From the NCBI RefSeq assembly GCF_009914755.1, contig NC_060930.1: a stretch of DNA of 64,000 nucleotides. The stretch is one strand, 5' to 3'. The notes below the pieces were generated by a model. It saw only the letters and a program-made list of their open reading frames with translations, ran no database searches and was not told where the DNA came from. A program made the position numbers and the translations under genes. This stretch comes from the human T2T-CHM13v2.0 reference genome, Homo sapiens. Positions 55,030 through 64,000 of this stretch are shown here, one piece after another. Within the stretch, counting starts at the first letter, position 1. Each line of letters begins with the position of its first letter.

Positions 55030-57410
55030 TTTAAAAACCTCATATAAAATACATATAACATAAAATTTGCCATCTTAACTTACAAATGTACAGTTTAGTG
55101 GCATTAAGTACATTCACATTGTTGTGCAACTGTTGCCACAAGCCATCTTCAAACCTTTGTTCATCTTGCAAAACTGAAACTCTGTACTCATTAAGCAATA
55201 ACTTCACATTTCCTCCTCCCCACAGCTCCTAACAACCACCATTCTACTTTCTTTCTTTATGAATTTGACTATTCTAGGCATGCTGTATAAGTGGAATCAG
55301 ACTGTATTTAACTATTCTAGGCATGCTGTATAAGTGGAATCAGACTGTATTTGACTATTCTAGGCACGGTGTATAAGTGGAATCAGACTGTATTTCAGTA
55401 TTCTAGGCACGCTGTATAAGTACAATCAGACTGTATTAAACTATTCTAGGCATGCTGTATAAGTGGAATCAGACTGTATTTGACTATTCTAGGCACGCTG
55501 TATAAGTGGAATCATACTGTATTTGACTATTCTAAGCACTCTGTATAAGTGGAATCAGACTGTATTTGACTCTTCTAGGCACACTGTATAAGTGGAATCA
55601 GACTGTATTTGACTCTTCTAGGCACGCTGTATAAGTGGAATCAGACTGTATTTGACTATTCTAGGCACGCTGTATAAGTGGAATCAGACTGTATTTGACT
55701 ATTCTAGGCACTCTGTATAAGTGGAATCAGACTGTATTTGACTATTCTAGGCATGCTGTATAAGTGGAATCATACTGTATTTGACTATACTAGGCACTCT
55801 GTATAAGTGGAATCAGACTGTAGTTGACTATTCTAGGCATGCTGTATATGTGGAATCATACTGTATTTGACTATTTTAGGCACGGTGTATAAGTGGAATC
55901 ATACTGTATTTGACTATTCTAGGCATGCTGTATAAGTGGAATCAGACTGTATTTGACTATTCTAGGCATGGTGTATAAGTGGAATCATACTGTATTTAAC
56001 TATTCTACGCATGCTGTATAAGTGGAATCAGACTGTATTTGACTATTCTAGGCACGCTGTATAAGTGGAGTCAGAGTGTATTTAACTATTCTAGCCATTC
56101 TGTGTAAGTGGAATCATGCTGTATTTGACTCTTCTAGGCATTCTGTATAAGTGGAATCAGACTGTATTGACTATTCTAGGCACGCTGTATAAGTGGAATC
56201 AGACTGTATTTGACTATTCTAGGCACTCTGTATAAGTGGAATCAGACTGTAGTTGACTCTTCTAGGCACGCTGTATAAGTGGAATCAGACTGTATTTGAC
56301 TATTTTAGGCATGCTGTATAAGTGGAATCATACTGTATTTGACTCTTCTAGGCACGCTGTATAAGTGGAATCAGACTGTATTTGACTATTTTAGGCACGC
56401 TGCATAAGTGGAATCAGACTGTATTTGACTCTTCTAGGCACGCTGTATAAGTGGAATCAGACTGTATTTGACTATTTTAGGCACGCTGCATAAGTGGAAT
56501 CAGACTGTATTTGACTATTCTAGGCACGCTGTATAAGTGGAATCAGACTGTATTTGACTCTTCTAGGCACGCTGTATAAGTGGAATCATACTGTATTTGA
56601 CTATTCTAGGCACGGTGTATAAGTGGAATCATACTGTATTTGACTATTCTAGGCATGCTGTATAAGTGGAATCAGAGTGTATTTGACTATTTTAGGCACG
56701 GTGTATAAGTGGAATCATACTGTATTTGACTCTTCTAGGCACGCTGTATAAGTGGAATCATACTGTATTTGACTCTTCTAGGCACGCTGTATAAGTGGAA
56801 TCAGAGTGTATTTAACTATTCTAGCCATTCTGTGTAAGTGGAATCATGCTGTATTTGACTCTTCTAGGCACTCTGTGCAAGTGGAATCATGCTGTATTTG
56901 ACTATTCTAGGCACTCTCTCTGTATAAGTGGAATCAGACTGTATTTGTCCTTCAATGACTGGCTTATTTCACTTAGCATAATGTCCTCAACGTTTCTTCA
57001 TGATGTAACATGTATCAGAATTTCCTTCCTTTTTAAGCTTGAAATATATTCCATTGTATGCATATGTCATGTTCTGTTTATCCATTCATCTGTCTCTGCA
57101 CACTTGTGTTGTTTCTATCTTTTGGCTGTTGTAAATAATGCTGCTATGAAAATGAGTGAACCAATATCTCTGTGAGACCCTGCTTTCAATTTTGAGGGAT
57201 ATATACCCGAAGTGAAATTGCTGGATCCTATGGTAATCCTATTATTACTTTTTTGAAGAACTGCCACTGTTTCCGTAGTGGCTGCACACATTTTACATTC
57301 TCACCAGCAGTGCACAAAGGTTTTCATTTCTCCACATCCTCACCCCCACTTGTTATTTTCTGTGTGTTTTCTTCCTTTATTATAGCCTTTCTAATGGGTA
57401 TGAGGTAGTA
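55030..57410 (-). mobile_element. Old L1 (L1MA/L1MB-type) 3' region that hosts the VNTR
   Basis: Typical antisense L1M 3' sequence on both sides of the array (CATATAACATAAAATTTGCCATCTTAAC...; GACTGGCTTATTTCACTTAGCATAATGTC...). Confidence 0.8.
55264..56943. repeat. VNTR, 39 copies of a 43-bp unit (TTTGACTATTCTAGGCACGCTGTATAAGTGGAATCAGACTGTA)
   Basis: Direct reading: period 43 (55264, 55307, ...); 1680 bp = 39 x 43 after allowing for one 1-bp deletion and one 4-bp insertion. Confidence 0.95.
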
Positions 57411-57599
57411 TCTATTTCCACTTTTTAAAGAACCATTTCCTCCCTCTTCTGGTTTGCTCTGTTTTTTTTTTTTTTGTTCTACTCCTTTTTCTCAAAATCA
57501 AGTTTAAGAAGAGATCTGACTCTAGTTGCATGTCTTCATATGAACTTAAGTCAGAAGCCTTCTCTAGATATAAAGAAAACCAATCTCCACCCCACCACC

Positions 57600-58770
57600 C
57601 CCAAAAAGAGAATATAGAGAAAAAGAAACAGAAGGAATAGGGAAAAAAGAAAACATAAATTATAGTTGAAAGAAATACAAACATATCAGTAATTATGATA
57701 AATATATATGGAGAAAATGCTTAGTTAACTAAGAAAAGCCATATTGCATTAAAAAAATCTAAATATATACTATTTATGAAAGACACATTTAAACAAAAAG
57801 ATATGGGAAGGTTGAAAGTAAAAGTGTATAAAAATGTGTATCAGGCACATAACAACCAAAATAAAATTGATTGGCTATATTAATATTATGCAAAATACTT
57901 TAACACAAGAAAAGCATTAGTAGTGGTAAAGAGAGTCACTAAATAATGATAAAAATTTCATTCATCAGGTAGTTGTAATAATTCTAAATGTATATGTTCC
58001 TAAGAACACAGCATCAAAATAGAAAAACAAAAATTGGCAGAAGCAAAAATCTATAAGGACAAATAGACAAATCCACAACTAAAGAGAATATTTTAAACAT
58101 ATCTCTTAGTATTTTGTAGATCAACCAGACAAAAATTTGGTAAGAGAGCTGCTAAAAGTGCTAAAATGCAAATTTGGTGACGTCACTGTGAAGAATAGAA
58201 ATATGTAAAATATTTGGGATGTGGCTGTAAAAATTAACAGGATTATTTTTCCCCAATTACCCAAGGGAATAAATGCCTTTTGTCTATGAAATAATAAGCC
58301 AGACAAAAGCTTAGAAATTGTACTCTATTGGTAGGAAGTGAATTAGATGAGTAATTAAATGTTTCCCCTTGTTTTAAATTAAAATGCTTTATACTATTAA
58401 AAATAATGACTAATTATGAGCAAACGTTAGACAAACCCACCTTGAAGGATATTCTACAATATGTTGACCAGGACTCTTCAAAAGTGTCAAGGTCAGGATT
58501 TGGGGAGACTAAGGAAAAATGAAAACTAAATGGCTTCTGGACTAGAAAAAGGACATTAGTGAAAAAAAAACTGATTATATTGGAATAAGGCCTATTACTT
58601 AGTTAATAGTGTTGTAACAATGTCAATGTCTTGGTTTTAATAGATTACCTTAGTTGTATAAGTCGTTATTATTAGGGGAAGCTGGCTAGAGGGCATATAG
58701 AAACTCTGTTTTGTTTTGTAACTTTTTTGGAATTCTAAAATTATTTCAGAATAAAAAAGTCTCAATAAAT
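57600..58770 (+). mobile_element. Decayed L1 fragments (ORF2 endonuclease-like region, then an L1M 3' UTR-like piece)
   Basis: A-rich sense-strand sequence with endonuclease-like remnants (e.g. ILNVYVPKNTASK near 57980). Confidence 0.55.
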
Positions 58771-59367
58771 GATAACCAGTTAATCCGTTTACACATCCAA
58801 CTTCATTTTAGCTTTAACATTTAGTTTCTCTTGGTATCTATCTGCTCTTTGACCACCTGGCTTTAGAGATGAGATAAAATCTTCAAAGAAAAGGTAGGGG
58901 AGAGCTTTTTGAATGCCAAACTTTTTCTTTGCATATTTTAAAGAGACTGCTTGTGTATTTACTTACTGTTACCAAATATAATGTGTAGTGTATTTCAAAC
59001 AATAGTGAATACTCCTTGGTTTGTACTTGAATTGAGTTGACTAATAATTATAAAGACTTACTTTTTTCCATGTTCAAGGACAACTTGATTTTTTTTAATT
59101 GAAAAAGGGAGTAACATTTGCTGAGCCAGGAATTATTTATGCTATGCTCTTTTACCCAAGGTTTCCTTATTTCTTTGTTTTGCTTCCAACTTTCTTTCCT
59201 TTGATATTGGTGCTTTGGTGGCTTTGATCTAAGGCAGAGAAGTTCAAAGGCATTGCTGAGGCAGACCAGTAGCACCTCATTCTTTCTCTTACTGATACCA
59301 GCACAGCTATTGCTGATAGTTTATATATCTACATGTTCAGATATTGCTCATAAAAATAACTGTCTAA

Positions 59368-61001
<1,634 letters not shown>

Positions 61002-61645
61002 TAGAAAGAGTGCAGTTTGTGGAATGTTCCTCGATTTGGGTATATCTAATGTTTTCTCATGATTAGATTCAAGTTAATCATTTGGGGCACTTTTGGCAAT
61101 TGGATAAGAGGTGTGTTTTTCTCAGTGCATTGCAGATGGAACCTTGTGCCAGAAGACAAAAAAAGGCTGCAAAACTGTTCCAGATTCAACAGACTAAATA
61201 TACTTGGCAGCTACATGCAATGCATTTATTGTTTCTCTAAGGAACATTATTGAGATAATTGGTGAATAATATAGTGTCATTGTTAAATTTCTTGAATTTG
61301 ACAGTTGTATGAAGAGGAATGTCCTTGTTCTTAGAAAATACAAGCTGAAGTGTTTAGAGGTAAGGGACCATAGTGTGTGCAAATTGCTCACAAATGATTC
61401 AGCAATCATATTGTAATATACGCATAGAGAAAGGAATACATCAAATGTAGCACAATGTTCTCACAATTGGTTAATCAAAGTGAAACATACTTGAGTTCCT
61501 TGGATTATTCTTGCAACTTTTCCGTAGGATTGAAATAAAAATGAAAAAAAAAATTATGTGCCAGGCAACAAATGGAGTTAAAAAGTAGAAGGCATTGTTT
61601 CACTCCAACTATGGAGCTTACTTACAGTTGAGTTAGGTAAATAGT

Positions 61646-61757
61646 AATTGGTAATAAATAAAATTTTTACCAATTTTACCAATAAAAAATAATTGGTAAT
61701 AAATAAATTTTTTACCAATTTTACCAATAAAAAATAATTGGTAATAAATAAAATTTT
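61646..61757. repeat. AT-rich 45-bp tandem repeat x2.5 with an internal inverted repeat
   Basis: Units start at 61646, 61691 and 61736. Confidence 0.88.
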
Positions 61758-62645
61758 AAAAAGGAAGAAGGCAAGCATCACTAGAGTAAATATATGGTCT
61801 CAGAGAAGGACCTAGAGGGACAGACACAATGAACAAACAGAATTACACAGTGTGCTGTAGCAGACCAGGGAGGGACGAGGGATGGGAAGTTTTGCTGAGG
61901 TTACTGGGGCAATGGTGGTGATGGTCAGGGGGTAATGCTGACCTTGATGTGCCATCAGGACATGCAAATGATGGTCACTAGACGGTTGGAAATGTCAGTC
62001 TCTAGTTAGAGATGCAGATTTGGGAGCTACTAGATACTGGAAGTGGCTGAGATCGCAGGAGGGCATGAAGTAAACCGGTGAGAATGTCCCAGTGATGAGG
62101 AGAGAGCGTCGAGGACAGAACCCAGCAAATATCAAGTTGTGAGTGGGTGAAGGAAGTGAGCTGCAGTAGGGACTGAGTGGAGGGCTAGAGAAGTGGGAAA
62201 AAGGAGAGACGCTCAGTAGAGAATGGGGGCGTGAGAGTAAGGAGGATTCCCCAGCAGTAAGTGATTTGTGTGTCAAGGCCCAAAAAGGAGGTCAAGTCAG
62301 GTAGAGAGTAAAAAGTGTCACCTGGACTTGGTGGCCCGCGGAGCTGCCCGCTGGCCCCCTGGGCACTTCTCTTAGTCTTTGTCATTCATTCTACTCCTAG
62401 GAGCTGTGCTGCCCGCAGACCTTCTCTGAGAGGTTCCCTTCTCAGTGGCCTGCATACTAGGAAGCCAGGAACCAGCTGGAGTGTTTATGCCCACCAAGCA
62501 TCCAGGTCCCAAGAGGGCAGGCAGCATCTCAGCACTGGTCCTGCCTCCCCTTTCCCCTGTGTTGGTGGCACACATTCCCTTTCAGGTGGGAAAATGGGTC
62601 CCATACGGATTGTTCTCCACTCTAGGATTAAAAGCAAGGATTCTT

Positions 62646-63355
<710 letters not shown>

Positions 63356-64000
63356 TAGAGAAATAAAAGAATTCTATAGCTCTGGAAATCTTCCAGTGTT
63401 GGCCTGAGTTATATCCTCATGGACCCATCAGCAATATCTACCCACAAAATATACCTCCAAGTGATGGAATGAATTGACTTATTACGTGGATTTATTTAGA
63501 ATTGACAATTAGAATTTTAGAGAATAATTGCCAAGAAATGATTATAGTTTTGACCATATTGGCTGTTAAGTGTTTCTTTCTGATAGTAATTAACCAACTA
63601 TTTAAAGTCATGTCTGGTTCACGATTTTAAACCATGCCATTTGAGTAGAGATCAATGCCTGTGCTTCTATTCGTGAAGGCAAATGGGCAGACTGACATTT
63701 ACCTAACAGTGAAATTAAAATATTCAGATTTATTCAAGCTTACAAAGATAGATTTATTCAAGATGCAGGCGATAGAGTTTCATTTCACATCATTTTGACC
63801 TGGAGACAGTTTATTCCTTCTCCAATCCTGGCAGGGATATTTGCATGAAGATTTTTGTAACCTTGTGTAATGGTCTGGTATTAACCTTAAGACCACACTC
63901 TTTTGGAAACACAGGATGTGATGGTTCATTTTATGTATTGCTGGGAAGTTTTTTTGGTTTTGTTTGTTTGTTTGTTCTTAGATGAGATTAGCATTTAAAT

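Noticed and set aside
55264-56943. Regular array superficially resembling a CRISPR locus
   Set aside because: Units are contiguous with no unique spacers, there are no cas genes, the context is human, and the unit is L1-derived.

Overview
Human (hominid) genomic DNA that I recognise as the RMND1-ARMT1(C6orf211/DCPH1)-CCDC170 cluster next to ESR1 at 6q25.1. It contains the 5' end of RMND1 on the minus strand (non-coding exon 1 and 504 coding nt of exon 2). It contains the complete five-exon ARMT1 gene on the plus strand (41+106+245+166+768 = 1326 nt, 441 aa), head-to-head with RMND1 on one CpG island. It also contains CCDC170 exon 1 with its CpG island and about 13 kb of intron 1. Most of the rest is repeats: more than 40 Alus, a full-length SVA, a solo HERV-K LTR5_Hs, MLT1/MLT2 LTRs, old L1/L2/MIR, and fossil hAT (Cheshire/MER58, MER45A) and mariner (MARNA-like) DNA transposons. 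I see no new gene or enzymatic system; almost all short ORFs in the track are repeat-derived. The observations most worth testing are: (1) an SVA and an LTR5_Hs, homologous and inverted, bracketing the bidirectional promoter; (2) a 39 x 43-bp VNTR derived from an old L1 3' UTR in CCDC170 intron 1; (3) a Met-Trp-stop uORF overlapping the RMND1 start codon (TAATG); (4) a forkhead/MYB/X-box composite upstream of CCDC170; (5) a near-consensus CTCF site between ARMT1 and CCDC170. Gene identities and repeat subfamilies come from recognition, not database searches, and repeat boundaries are approximate unless a target-site duplication (TSD) is quoted.
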